64,000 nucleotides of DNA from Spirochaetia bacterium (GCA_034520965.1 JAXHMY010000001.1:448001-512000), one strand, 5' to 3'; positions 23,698-34,912 are shown, numbered from the stretch's first letter. The notes: a model not told the origin generated them from the letters alone. Numbers and translations: made by a program.

Positions 23698-24550
23698 ATG
23701 ATTGGTGTATCACCGGCATACTTTTTATCCCGCTTTTCGCCGAATTTTACTCCCGCTGAGGTAGAACAGTCATTGGAGGGAATTCGCAAGACCGGCTTCC
23801 TTACCCTCCAGTTGGAGACGTTTCTCTCGGAACAGGTTGAAATATGGGATAAAGCCGCGTGTTCGCGAATCAAGACTGCAGTTCAGAGGGCCAATTTAGA
23901 AATCTCGCAGTTCGTAGCCCATCATTTAATGCACTATTTTAGTTCTATCAGAGACCCTTCGTTCCGATGAGCTTACTTCGGAGTTTAGAAGAGCCCTACA
24001 CATTGCCGAGCAGGTCCACCCCGCCGGTATCATCACGATTCCGCAGCCGCCCTTCGAGCTGCCGCAGAATAAAAAATGGCCGGTGTACTCCGCTCTGTGG
24101 TCAGTTTATCTTAATTCTCTGGACAAACTGCGGAACCTGGCCGCGGAAGTCGGTTTCACCCTTGCCCTTGAGGTTCTCCCGGGCTCCTTGCTCGGCACTA
24201 TCGATGGGTTTCTGCGGATGACCGAGACTCTCGGAGCGCCCTATATCGGACTCAATCTCGATACCGGTCACGCCTGGGCCTGTAAGGAAAAAGTCGAGCT
24301 CATACCGCTCAAGGCTGCCAGATATTTATGCGGAACCCATCTATCCGACAACAGTGGCAATGAAAATCTTTCCCTGCCGCCGGGAGAGGGAACGATTTCC
24401 TGGGACGCTTTTTTTCATGCATGTCGTATGGCCGGTTACCACGGGCCATTTGATGTAGAGATACGTTGTACGCCGGAGGAGGTCGATGAACAGTACTCGG
24501 CGGCGTACCGCTTCCTCAGTCAATATACATTACAGCAACTGGAGGTTTGA
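23698..24550 (+). CDS. Sugar phosphate isomerase/epimerase (AP_endonuc_2 TIM barrel), frameshifted
   Basis: LALEVLP, GLNLDTGHA, THLSDN, GEGTISW, GYHGPFDVE. Confidence 0.8.
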
Positions 24551-24551
24551 A

Positions 24552-25400
24552 ATGCAACCACACAAGGACACGCAGAAATTCAACGAACGGGTTGAACTTC
24601 TAAAGTCGAAGGCCAAGGAGGTGCGGCACCACATCGTAGATATGGTGTACACCGCTAAATCCGGCCACATTGGCGGTTCAATGTCAGCGGCCGACATAAT
24701 GACGGCGCTTTATTTTGATATACTCAATATCGATCCGAATAAGCCGCGCTGGGCCGATCGTGATCGGATGATACTTTCAAAGGGACATGTATGCCCGGTT
24801 CTCTACACCTGCCTGGCTTTGCGGGGTTATTTTCCGGTGGAAACCCTGAAAACCCTGCGGCAGTTCGGCAGCATCCTGCAGGGCCATCCCATCAGCAAGA
24901 CCCCCGGAGTGGATGTGAGCTCCGGTTCCCTGGGACACGGCTTCGGACAGAGCATCGGCATCGCCCTTGAGGGAAAGTACATGAAGAAAGACTACTCGGT
25001 GTATGTGGTGCTCGGCAACGGGGAAATTCAGGAGGGCCTGATCTGGGAAGCCGCCTCAGCGGCGGACAAATACAAACTGGATAATTTAGTAGCCATAGTT
25101 GATGACAACCGCATGCAGAATGACGGTTTTACCGACGGCATTATGCCCATGGACCCGATCGACAAAAAATTCGAAGCTTTCAACTGGGAAGTTATGAAGA
25201 TTGACGGCCATAATATGGCAGAGGTACTCGCAACCATCGAAAAAGCGAAAGCCTTCAAGGGAAAACCGGTCTGTATCGTCGCCAATACTATTAAGGGCAA
25301 AGGCGTCGGATTGATGGAGAACGAACAGCGCTTTCACGGGAAACCGCCGACGGACGAAGAGTTCCAAATTGCATTGAAAGAGATACGAGGGGAGGTATAA
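24552..25400 (+). CDS. Transketolase N-terminal subunit
   Basis: SGHIGGSMS, DRMILSKGH, LQGHP, SGSLGHG, GNGEIQEG, DDNRMQND, NTIKGKG. Confidence 0.92.
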   Translation: MQPHKDTQKFNERVELLKSKAKEVRHHIVDMVYTAKSGHIGGSMSAADIMTALYFDILNIDPNKPRWADRDRMILSKGHVCPVLYTCLALRGYFPVETLKTLRQFGSILQGHPISKTPGVDVSSGSLGHGFGQSIGIALEGKYMKKDYSVYVVLGNGEIQEGLIWEAASAADKYKLDNLVAIVDDNRMQNDGFTDGIMPMDPIDKKFEAFNWEVMKIDGHNMAEVLATIEKAKAFKGKPVCIVANTIKGKGVGLMENEQRFHGKPPTDEEFQIALKEIRGEV

Positions 25401-25402
25401 TC

Positions 25403-26344
25403 ATGAAATTGAAAGCAGCAAAAGTACCAACACGACGGGCATTCGCAGATAGATTGGTAGAGTACGGCGAAATCGATCCCGAACTGATCGTCTTTGATGC
25501 CGATATCGGTTACTCCACATATACACACCTATTCGGTGACAAGTATCCGGAGCGATACTTTAACATGGGAATCCAGGAATTGAATGCGGTAGATACCGCC
25601 GCCGGCATGGCCGCTGAAGGCCGTACCGTCCTGATGGCCAGTTACGGGGTGTTCCTGACAATGCGGGCGGTTGAAGCAATTCGCTCGTTTGTCTGTTATC
25701 AAAACCTGAATGTGAAGTTCCTCTCCTCCCACGGCGGCCTCACGCCGGGTATTGATGGAGTAACCCACCAGGCAACCGAGGATATGGCAGCCATGACCAC
25801 CATCCCCAACATGAAAGTACTGGCCCCGGCAGACACTGAGTCGGCCCGCAGGAGTGTCGACGTATCCATGCAGACCCCGGGCCCCTGCTTCGTACGCCTG
25901 ATGCGGGACCCGCTGTTCGACATCTACGGCCCGGATGAACAGTTTCAAATGGGCGGCAGTAAAGTGGTACGGGAAGGCCAAGATATTACCATCGCCACCT
26001 ACGGAGATATGCTCTTTCAGGCCTTAGAGGCCGCTGAAACCCTGGCTGCCACCGGAATAGAGGCAGAAGTGCTGGATTTGTACTCAATGAAGCCGGTAGA
26101 CTACGCTGCAGTAAGAAAATCCGTTAAAAAGACCGGCCGGCTGCTGGTGCCGGAGGACCATCAGAAACGCAACGGCCTCGGCTACGAGCTGGCGGCCTAC
26201 TGCCTGCGCGAATATCCAGTTCCCTTCGACCATATGGGCTTGGAAGACACCTTTGCCGAGAGCGGAGACTACTATAAAATTTTGGACAAATACGGACTTT
26301 CAGCTGCCCACATAGTTGAGCGGGCACAAAATTTAATTAAATAA
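25403..26344 (+). CDS. Transketolase C-terminal subunit
   Basis: YFNMGIQE, DGVTHQATED, EDHQ..NGLG, DTFAESG. Confidence 0.92.
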   Translation: MKLKAAKVPTRRAFADRLVEYGEIDPELIVFDADIGYSTYTHLFGDKYPERYFNMGIQELNAVDTAAGMAAEGRTVLMASYGVFLTMRAVEAIRSFVCYQNLNVKFLSSHGGLTPGIDGVTHQATEDMAAMTTIPNMKVLAPADTESARRSVDVSMQTPGPCFVRLMRDPLFDIYGPDEQFQMGGSKVVREGQDITIATYGDMLFQALEAAETLAATGIEAEVLDLYSMKPVDYAAVRKSVKKTGRLLVPEDHQKRNGLGYELAAYCLREYPVPFDHMGLEDTFAESGDYYKILDKYGLSAAHIVERAQNLIK

Positions 26345-26354
26345 GGAGAAGATT

Positions 26355-27340
26355 ATGCTGAAAATGGCAATTATTGCAGGTTTCCTCGGAAAAACGAAAG
26401 ACCGCTTTCACGGATAGAGCCAGGCCATCGACCTGGAGGGTAAGTTCCAGAGCTTAAGCGAAATGGGCAGGCTATTGACGGTTTCGAAATTGTATATCCC
26501 GATCTGAAGCCAGGCGATGCCGATACAAGCTCGAAAAACTGAATGAAAAAGTACCGGAATATCCATCGCTGCAATCAACGTAAATGTAGAAGGGGAGCCG
26601 GAGTTCCGCAACGGCGGTGTAAGCTCACCGGACCCTGAGGTCAGGACCAAAGCGGTGCGCTTTATAAAAGAGGCCAAGGATTTTGCTACCGAAGTAGGGG
26701 CCGACAAGGTCACCTGCTGTCCATTGGGCGACGGGTACGAATTCAGTTTCCAGCTCGACTATCAGGAGTACTTGGAACAACATGGTTGCAATTCGTTCCG
26801 GCGAGAGCCGGCCGCCATAACCCGGACATGCCCTTATACATCGAAGTACAAGCCGAGCGAAACTCGGGGCCGCTGCTTTGTGAACGATACCGCCGAAGAC
26901 CATCCTGCTGCTGAACCAGGTTGATGTACCAAACATGGGCATAACCCTGGATTTCGGCCACTCGATCTACGGGAACGAAAACCCCTCCGAGGCTGCGCTG
27001 TTAGTGCACAACAGTCCCTATAATTTATATGTACATATTAACGACAACAACGCCCTGTGGGACTGGGACTTCTCCGCCCCGGTTCGAAAGCAGCATTCTC
27101 GAATACATTGAGTTCATCTATTACCTGCGGAAAATTGGCTACAGCGACTACCTGACCTCCGATACCTCCCCTACCCGATGGCCGATCCGCGACACCTTCG
27201 AGATCAACAGCCGCCTGACCAACAAGATCTGGAAATTGCTCGACTCGATCGATGAAAAGCAGCTGGATAAGCTGATCCACGGCGATGATTACATGCAGAC
27301 CTGGCGCTTTATCGAAGAGAATCTATTGGGACTGAAATAG
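26355..27340 (+). CDS. Xylose-isomerase-like TIM barrel isomerase/epimerase, several frameshifts
   Basis: MLKMAIIAGFLGKTKDRFH, CCPLGDGYE, EYKPSETR, TLDFGH, HINDN..WDWD, LTSDTSP in successive frames. Confidence 0.75.
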
Positions 27341-27380
27341 AAAGGCTTGATATAGGCCTAAGATAACTCAGGAGAATTTT

Positions 27381-28368
27381 ATGGCGACAAAACCTAAAGT
27401 ATACATAACCCGCAGAATACCGCAGGCCGGAATAGACCTGCTCAAGCAGAAATATGAAGTCGAAGTGAACCCGCACGACCGGGTGCTCAGCCGGGAAGAA
27501 TTGCTGACAGCAGTGCTAGTTGCCGCCGACGGTGTGCTCTGTCTGCTGACCGACAAAATCGACGGCGATTTTTTCGATTCGGCGCCGAAGCTGCGCGGCG
27601 TGGCCAACTATGCCGTCGGCTACGACAACATCGACGTACCGGAGGCTACCAGCCGTAAAATCCCGGTCTCCAACACACCAGGGGTCCTGACCGACGCCAC
27701 CGCCGAGATGGCCTGGGCGCTGCTGTTTGCAGTTGCCCGGCGAGTGGTGGAATCGGACGGGCGTCCTGCGCCGCAGGAAAATGGGGCGGATGGGGGCCGC
27801 TGCAGTTGATCGGCGGTGACATAAGTGGCAAAACCCTCGGAGTGGTCGGTACCGGCCGCATCGGCACCGCCATGGCCCTGAAATCGACCGGTTTCAACAT
27901 GCAGGTACTCTACACCGATGTGGTGGAAAACGAAGTACTGAACGAGAAGTGCAAGGCCCGCCGGGTAGATTTAGATACATTGCTGACTGAATCCGATTTC
28001 ATCAGCATCCATGTGCCGTTGATGGGCTCCACCAGGCACCTGTTCAATACAGAGAGCCTTCAAAAAGATGAAATCCACCGCCTACCTGATCAATACCTCC
28101 CGCGGACCGGTTATCGACGAGGCCGATCTGATGCAGGCGCTTGGGACCGCAGGGGAGATCGCCGGGGCCGGTCTGGATGTGTATGAGACCGAACCCGATA
28201 TGGCCGCCGGTCTGGCCGAACAGAAAAACGCGGTGCTTACCCCGCACACCGCCTCCGCAACCGAAGAGGCCCGCACCAATATGGCCCTCAAAGCGGCCCG
28301 CAACCTGATGTGCCATGCCTAAGAAGGAAATACACCCCCGGATTGGCGTAAATCCGGAAATTTTGTAA
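27381..28368 (+). CDS. D-glycerate dehydrogenase / glyoxylate-hydroxypyruvate reductase, frameshifted
   Basis: YAVGYDNID, NTPGVLTDATAE, GTGRIG, INTSRGPVIDE, AGLDVYETEP, LTPHTASAT. Confidence 0.88.
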
Positions 28369-28424
28369 CCTTCTACAATTTCCGGTTGTTAGGTTATAAA
28401 ACGATAAATAAATGGTTATCAAAA

Positions 28425-28471
28425 TAAAACCGGACCGGGTTTCTCCTCCTTTTCCCGGTTCGGTTTTTTTT
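28425..28471 (+). terminator. Rho-independent terminator
   Basis: AACCGGACCGGG..CCCGGTTCGGTT followed by a T-run. Confidence 0.7.
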
Positions 28472-28540
28472 CATAACCGGTTGCCAGACCGACTGAGCCG
28501 GGACTTCCGCATTTCTCCACTCTCTCTCTATACTTACCGC

Positions 28541-29664
28541 ATGCAGACACTCAATATTCTCTTTATCGAACCCTTTTACGGAGGCTCGCACAAGGCCTTT
28601 GCCGACGAACTTGCCCGGTACTCGCGCCACAATGTTACCCTGTTCACCCTGCCGGCCCGCTTCTGGAAGTGGCGGATGCGGGGTGCAGCTCTGGAGGTGG
28701 TCCGCTGGATCCCCCGTCCCGACAGCTTCGATCTGGTAATTGCCGCCAGCATGCTCTCGTTGGCCGACCTGAAGGCCCTGTGGGGAGCCGCCGCCCCGCC
28801 GATGATCAGCTACTTTCATGAAAACCAGCTCAACTACCCCCTCAGCCCCGGCGAAACCCGCGATTTCCACTACGGTTTTACCGATATTACCACCGGCCTG
28901 GCGGCCGACCGCATCATTTTTAACTCGCATTTCCATAAATCCGCTTTTTTTGAGGAGTTGCCGCGCTTCATCGCCCACATGCCGGACACTAAACCCACCT
29001 GGGTGGTGGAAGCACCATTTAAAGAAAGCGTTGTTTTCTATCCGGGTATTGCGCCAGGCTATAGAAGCAAGTGGGCTGCCGGATGGCCCTGCGGAAAGCG
29101 CGCAGGCGGCCGGTACTCCGGCCGCCCCTCCCATGGTCCTCTGGAACCACCGCTGGGAGCACGACAAGAATCCGGAAGAGTTCTTCCGGGTGCTGTTTTC
29201 GCTGCAGGAGGGCGGGCTGGCCTTCAGACTGGCGGTAGTTGGAGAGCAGTTCAGCCGTTACCCGCGGATATTCGACGAGGCCCGCGATAAACTTGCCGAG
29301 GAAATTGTGCAGTTCGGCTATGTAGAGGACCGCGCGGCCTACTACCGCTGGCTGCGGCAGGCGGACATCGTGGTCAGCACCGCCAATCAGGAGAACTTCG
29401 GCCTCTCGATCGCCGAAGCCGCGGCCGCCGGTGCGTATCCTCTGCTGCCGCAGCGGCTCTCCTACCCCGAGCTGATTCCGCCGGAGTACCACGGGGCCTG
29501 CCTGTATGATGATAATAATGAGCTGGAAAATAGATTGGCTGAATTGATCAGCCGCAGTTTCACTGCCCCCCAAGGGCCTTTCCGAGGCTATGCACATCTA
29601 CAGCTGGCCGTCTCTGATAGAAAAATACGATACTCTGTTTTCTGAAACAGCCGCAGGCAGGTAA
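28541..29664 (+). CDS. GT4 glycosyltransferase with DUF3524 (GTDC1/QTMAN-like), frameshifted near 29050 and 29575
   Basis: IEPFYGGSHK, TLPARFWKWRMR, YFHENQLNYP, IFNSHFH, WNHRWEHDKNPEEFF, STANQENFG. Confidence 0.85.
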
Positions 29665-29729
29665 CAGCACGAATTATATTTACTGTCATATCCTACCAGG
29701 CGGCTTCGGGTGCTTAGCCGCTTAGATGT

Positions 29730-32321
29730 TTAAGCGGAACTGTTCTCTACTTTTTCAAACTTCAGATCCTCAGCTCCCATGGTAACCTTCACGGCATCTC
29801 CCTCTTTCACGTTTCCCTCCAGCATCAGTTTAGCAATGGGGCTCTGTACCAGGCTCTGAACGGTCCGCTTAATCGGGCGCGCACCGAAGGCAGGGTCGTA
29901 GCCAACCTTTGCAATATGCTGCACCGCATCTTCCATCACCTGTAGTTCGATCTTACGTGAGGTCATCCGCTTTTTAAGGCGCTCGATTTCCAGCAGTACA
30001 ATATCGTGAATCTGGGCTGTTCCAAGACGACGGAAGGTAATAATTTCATCCACCCGGTTGAGGAACTCCGGCTTAAAGGTCTGCTTCATCATCCCTTCAA
30101 CCTGCTCTTTCACATCCTCAAGCTCCTTAGCCTGTAGAATCAACTCGCTGCCGATATTGCTGGTCATGATGACAATAGTATTCCTGAAGTCCACCAGCCG
30201 GCCCTGGCCATCGGTCAGACGGCCGTCATCGAGCAGCTGCAGCATCACATTAAACACATCCGGGTGTGCCTTTTCAATCTCATCGAAGAGCACAACCGAA
30301 TAGGGGCGCCGGCGTACCGCTTCGGTCAACTGGCCACCTTCCTCATAGCCGACATAGCCGGGAGGTGCGCCAATCAGCCGCGAGACCGAATGCTTTTCCA
30401 TATACTCGCTCATATCGATACGCTTCAGGGCATGCTCATCATCAAACAGAAAGTCCGCCAGGGTCTTTGCCAGCTCGGTCTTACCAACACCGGTGGGACC
30501 GATAAAGATAAACGAACCGAGGGGCTTGTTCTCGTCACTGAGTCCTGTTTTATTACGCCGAATCGCATCAGAGACGGCAACGATAGCCTCATTCTGCCCA
30601 ACCACCCTCTTTTCAAGGGTGTCTTCCAGCTTGAGGTATTTAGCCATCTCGCTGGCCAGCATCTTGGACACGGGTATCCCGGTCCAGGTGGCAACCACCT
30701 GGGCAATATCCTCTTCGGATACCTCCTCCCGCAGCAGCTGGGTACCGCCCTGCAGATTCTCCAACTCCCGCCCCTTGACCTCAATCTCAGCATTGGTCTG
30801 CGGGATTTTGCCGTGCTTTATTTCGGCAGCACGATTTAGATCGCCCTCCCGCTCATAACGGGCTTCGTCCCGTTTATACTGGTCAAGGTCTGCTTTAAGC
30901 GCACGAATCTCATCAATTATGTGCTTTTCATTCTGCCACTGCAGATGCATGGTATCGCGCTTTGATCTTAACTCGCCCAGCTCCCGCTCCAGCTTCGCGC
31001 GGCGTTCCTGGGAGGCCTCATCCTCCTCCCGAGAAAGGGCCTGACGCTCAATATCGGCCTGGAGAATCTTACGCTGAATCTGATCAAGGGCTATCGGCTG
31101 GCTCTCAATTTCCATTTTCAAGCGACTGGCCGCCTCATCTACCAGGTCGATAGCCTTGTCCGGCAGAAAACGGCTGGTAATATAGCGGTCCGAGAGGGTG
31201 GCGGCGGCAATCAGCGCATCATCGCGAATTCGCACCCCGTGATGCACTTCATAACGGTCCTTAATTCCCCGCAAAATCGCAATACTACTCTCCACCGAAG
31301 GCTCACTGGTAAACACCGGCTGAAAGCGCCGCTCCAGGGCCGGATCTTTCTCGATATGTTTGCGGTACTCATCCAGGGTTGTCGCACCGATAGCCCGCAG
31401 GTCTCCCCGCGCCAGGGCCGGCTTAAGCAGGTTCGAGGCATCCATGGCCCCTTCCGCAGCTCCGGCTCCGACCAGGGTATGCAGCTCGTCGATGAACAGC
31501 AGAATCTGGCCGTCGGATTCGGATACCTCCTGGATAACCGCCTTCAGCCGCTCCTCAAATTCACCTCTAAACTTTGCTCCCGCTACCAATGCTCCTAAGT
31601 CCAGGGCCAGCAGACGCTTCTCCTTCAAGCTGTCGGGCACATCCCCGGAGATAATCCGGATGGCCATACCCTCGGCAATGGCGGTTTTCCCAACCCCCGG
31701 CTCACCAATCAGCACAGGATTATTCTTTGTCCGGCGGCTGAGCACCTGCATCACCCGCCGTATCTCTTCATCCCGGCCAATGACCGGATCCAATTTCTCC
31801 CGGCGAGCTAAACTGGTCAGGTCGCGGCAGTACTTCTCCAAGGCCTGGTAACGGCCTTCGGGGTTTTGGTCGGTTACCCGCTGGTTGCCGCGAATTCCTT
31901 TCAGAGCGGACAGCACCGCATCCCGAGTCACTCCGTGTCGCTTGAGCATCTCAGAGCTGCGGCCGGGCTGATGCAAAATTGCCAGTAAAATGTGTTCAGC
32001 GCTGATATAATCGTCTTTTAGCTTGTCTGCTTCACCCTCCGCCAGGCGCAGTACATTCGCCAGCTCCGGTGAAATAGTGACCTGGGCGGATGTACCGTAC
32101 ATACGCGGTTTGTCTTTTAATATTTTATCCAGCTCCTCAGCCACGGTATCGCGATTCACCCCGATCCGATCCAGAAGCGGAGGTATCACACCATCCTGCT
32201 GTGTCAGCAGCACCATAAGATAGTGGTCCACATCTACAGTACTGTGATTGTATTTCCCTACAAGGCTGTCGGACTCCTGGAGCGCTTCTTGAGCCTTGAG
32301 TGTCATTTTGTCATATCTCAT
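29730..32321 (-). CDS. clpB: ATP-dependent chaperone ClpB
   Basis: 863 aa; two AAA+ modules ([16 protein letters not shown]), middle coiled-coil, [13 protein letters not shown]. Confidence 0.97.
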   Translation of the reverse strand: MRYDKMTLKAQEALQESDSLVGKYNHSTVDVDHYLMVLLTQQDGVIPPLLDRIGVNRDTVAEELDKILKDKPRMYGTSAQVTISPELANVLRLAEGEADKLKDDYISAEHILLAILHQPGRSSEMLKRHGVTRDAVLSALKGIRGNQRVTDQNPEGRYQALEKYCRDLTSLARREKLDPVIGRDEEIRRVMQVLSRRTKNNPVLIGEPGVGKTAIAEGMAIRIISGDVPDSLKEKRLLALDLGALVAGAKFRGEFEERLKAVIQEVSESDGQILLFIDELHTLVGAGAAEGAMDASNLLKPALARGDLRAIGATTLDEYRKHIEKDPALERRFQPVFTSEPSVESSIAILRGIKDRYEVHHGVRIRDDALIAAATLSDRYITSRFLPDKAIDLVDEAASRLKMEIESQPIALDQIQRKILQADIERQALSREEDEASQERRAKLERELGELRSKRDTMHLQWQNEKHIIDEIRALKADLDQYKRDEARYEREGDLNRAAEIKHGKIPQTNAEIEVKGRELENLQGGTQLLREEVSEEDIAQVVATWTGIPVSKMLASEMAKYLKLEDTLEKRVVGQNEAIVAVSDAIRRNKTGLSDENKPLGSFIFIGPTGVGKTELAKTLADFLFDDEHALKRIDMSEYMEKHSVSRLIGAPPGYVGYEEGGQLTEAVRRRPYSVVLFDEIEKAHPDVFNVMLQLLDDGRLTDGQGRLVDFRNTIVIMTSNIGSELILQAKELEDVKEQVEGMMKQTFKPEFLNRVDEIITFRRLGTAQIHDIVLLEIERLKKRMTSRKIELQVMEDAVQHIAKVGYDPAFGARPIKRTVQSLVQSPIAKLMLEGNVKEGDAVKVTMGAEDLKFEKVENSSA

Positions 32322-32387
32322 TTATGTTACCTCGAAAAAATGTATTTTAATATCACTGTTTATTCACTACAATTAAACTGTAGTTTA

Positions 32388-32416
32388 AAGATACTGCGAA
32401 GCCATTTTGCGGTCAA
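32388..32416 (-). promoter_or_regulatory. Sigma70-type promoter of clpB
   Basis: TTGACC-17-TATCTT on the minus strand. Confidence 0.55.
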
Positions 32417-32449
32417 ACAAAATAATACCTATTCGCGAGAGGAGCATCT

Positions 32450-32728
32450 ATGAACACTGAAACTGAGAATGAAAAGACCCCGGATGAACGGATGGTGCTG
32501 ATCCACGGTTTTTCACGGGAGGAGACTATTGCAATCATGAGGGCCGCCAAATCGGTAGCGTCCGACCCTCAGGGAATCGCCTTTACCACCTCAACCCCGT
32601 CGAATATTGAATGGAAACTGCGGGATGTGATTGCCGAAGTACGGGAGGAGCATGAATATATGCGCAACAACCCCCCGCAGGCAAACCGGTCCAAAGGCAG
32701 CTCGCAAGCGCACGGGGGAGCCGAGTAA
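32450..32728 (+). CDS. DUF3783-like small protein
   Basis: LIHGFSREE...TPSNIEWKLRDVIAEVREEHEYM; SD GAGGAG. Confidence 0.7.
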   Translation: MNTETENEKTPDERMVLIHGFSREETIAIMRAAKSVASDPQGIAFTTSTPSNIEWKLRDVIAEVREEHEYMRNNPPQANRSKGSSQAHGGAE

Positions 32729-32731
32729 TCG

Positions 32732-33400
32732 ATGGAATTACTCCTGCTCAACATCCTGCTGGCGGCGTTACCCTCATTAATTCTGCTCTGGTATTTCAAC
32801 CGCTGGGACCGTGGCCGCAGCGAACCGGCAGGGCTGCTGCTATTTACCTTTTTTCTGGGCTTTGTAGCGGTCATCCCGGCGGCGGTAATGGAAATGTTGA
32901 TCGATCCCCTCAGACTGCCCTTCCCGCCTCTACTGCAGCTGCTGTTCCGCGCATTTATTGTGGCGGGGCTGGTGGAAGAAGGGGTTAAACTATTCGTAGT
33001 GAGGCGTTTCATTCTCGGCCGGCCGGCATTTGACGAGGTAATGGACGGAATTATCTATACCATTACCGCCAGCTTAGGTTTTGCATTTTTCGAAAATATA
33101 TTTTACAGCTTTGGAGGGCCCGGTACTCTGATTATCCGCGGCCTTACCGCGGTGCCTTTGCACGCAGTGGCCTCGGGAATTATGGGCTATTACCTCGGCA
33201 TATCAAAATTCGGGCGGGCTGATATCTGGAAAAAGGGGCTCGTAATTGCCGTTTTAATCCACGGGGCTTACGATTTCTTCCTTTTCCTGGGGGGAGGTTT
33301 CGCTTTTCTGGCATTTCCGCTGCTGCTGTGGTCGCTGCGCTCTCTTTCCAAGCTTCATCACAAAGCAATCGAGGCGGACAGACAAAGCGGGAGAATTTAG
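32732..33400 (+). CDS. PrsW-family intramembrane glutamic protease
   Basis: AGLVEEGVK, GFAFFEN, PLHA, IHGAYD. Confidence 0.9.
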   Translation: MELLLLNILLAALPSLILLWYFNRWDRGRSEPAGLLLFTFFLGFVAVIPAAVMEMLIDPLRLPFPPLLQLLFRAFIVAGLVEEGVKLFVVRRFILGRPAFDEVMDGIIYTITASLGFAFFENIFYSFGGPGTLIIRGLTAVPLHAVASGIMGYYLGISKFGRADIWKKGLVIAVLIHGAYDFFLFLGGGFAFLAFPLLLWSLRSLSKLHHKAIEADRQSGRI

Positions 33401-33460
33401 CTTGCTTACAGGACATATAAGCCCCCCTTAGTCTACAGCCAAACCCTCCGTACACACAAA

Positions 33461-33489
33461 GCCCCTCCGGGCAGGGGCCGCGGAGGGGC
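33461..33489 (-). terminator. GC-rich terminator hairpin between convergent genes
   Basis: GCCCCTCCG..CGGAGGGGC flanked by A/T runs. Confidence 0.6.
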
Positions 33490-33514
33490 AAAAATTCAGC
33501 ATTTCATGCAGCAG

Positions 33515-34630
33515 CTATTTCTTCTTTATCGCCGCGAGGGCCTTCAGCAGCCGGTCCACGTGCTCTTCTCTGGCGGTATTGCCCATAAGGCCAATTCGCC
33601 ATACCTTGCCAGCAAAATCGCCTAAACCACCGCCAATCTCAATATGATGATCGTAGCGTAGAGCCCGGCGCCCTTCGGCATCATCAATACCTTCGGGAAT
33701 CCAGATTGAGTTCAGCATCGGCAGGCGAAACTGCTTATCCACCACCATCTTAATCCCAAGCTCTTCAAGCCCGGCGACCAGTTTTTCATGCATCCTCTGG
33801 TGTCGGTCGTATACATTTTCAAGGCCCTCTTCGAGTACCACCGCCAGGGCTTCATATAGTCCGTACAGCATATTTATGGGTGCTGTATGGTGATAGGCTC
33901 GTTTCTTACCGGCCCAGTAGTTGGCTATCATACTTACATCAAGATACCAGTTGGGCACCTTAGTTTTGCGGTTCATGATAGAATCAACCGCCTGGTTGGA
34001 GAAGGACACCGGCGACAGCCCTGGGGGACAGGAGAGACACTTCTGGGTACCGCTGTATATCGCATCCACATGCCATTTATCCACCGCTACTTCCATACCG
34101 CCTAAACTGGTGACCGTATCAAGAATGTAAAAAGCTCCATGCTCTTTAACTAGCTTTCCGACTTCTTCGGCGGGGTTACACACACCGGTCGATGTTTCAG
34201 CATGCACCATAGCCACGATTTTGTACTTCTTTTTCTTTAGCTGGGCTTCGACCTCATCCGTGGTTACCGGAGTTCCCCATTTAAAATCCATGGAGTCCGC
34301 ATCGGCACCCAGCCGCTGGGCTATATCCAGCATCCGTTTTCCGAAGGCTCCGTTAATCAAAATCAATACCGGATCGCCCTTCTCAATCAGGTTAACAAAA
34401 ACCGTCTCCATACCGGCAGAACCGGTACCGGACATCGGAATGGTCAAATTGTTGTTGGTTTGAAACACTTTCTGCAGCATCGCCTTGATATCATCCATAA
34501 TCTGGATGAAGTAAGGATCCAAATGCCCCAGGGTTGGCCGGCTCAGGGCACTGTACACCCGCGGATGTGTCAATGAAGGCCCCGGCCCCATTAGTAAAAT
34601 TTCTTCAATACCTTTAATTTTATTTTCCAT
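33515..34630 (-). CDS. Alanine-glyoxylate / serine-pyruvate aminotransferase (class V)
   Basis: LLMGPGPS, SGTGSAGME, VHAETSTG, SGTQKCLSCPPG, YHHTAP, WRIGLMG. Confidence 0.92.
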   Translation of the reverse strand: MENKIKGIEEILLMGPGPSLTHPRVYSALSRPTLGHLDPYFIQIMDDIKAMLQKVFQTNNNLTIPMSGTGSAGMETVFVNLIEKGDPVLILINGAFGKRMLDIAQRLGADADSMDFKWGTPVTTDEVEAQLKKKKYKIVAMVHAETSTGVCNPAEEVGKLVKEHGAFYILDTVTSLGGMEVAVDKWHVDAIYSGTQKCLSCPPGLSPVSFSNQAVDSIMNRKTKVPNWYLDVSMIANYWAGKKRAYHHTAPINMLYGLYEALAVVLEEGLENVYDRHQRMHEKLVAGLEELGIKMVVDKQFRLPMLNSIWIPEGIDDAEGRRALRYDHHIEIGGGLGDFAGKVWRIGLMGNTAREEHVDRLLKALAAIKKK

Positions 34631-34695
34631 ACTTTCCTCCTATTGGAAAATTCTATTGTACATCATGTTCTCTCTCCGTCCAATGTAAGTTACAT

Positions 34696-34746
34696 CAGCA
34701 ATTCGCAATTCGAAAATTTTGGAAAATTTTTCAAATTGCGAATGCT
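34696..34746. repeat. 51-bp palindromic element, copy 2
   Basis: 45/51 identical by manual alignment to the reverse complement of 8247-8297. Confidence 0.8.
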
Positions 34747-34912
34747 TACATTTTTTGTTTAAGATAAAGTATCTATGAAGTATGTTGTGGCACCTCATTT
34801 TGGAAGTCTTATGACTTCCAAAAATGAGAATACCTGAAGTTACATATACGCCTTAAATCATATCTACCCCACTTGACCAAAGCTCAATACTTTAGTATGT
34901 TGTGAATGTCGA

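Noticed and set aside
23698..29664. Programmed ribosomal frameshifting in the split genes
   Set aside because: The shifts are numerous, irregular and lack a shared slippery motif; sequencing error is the simpler explanation.
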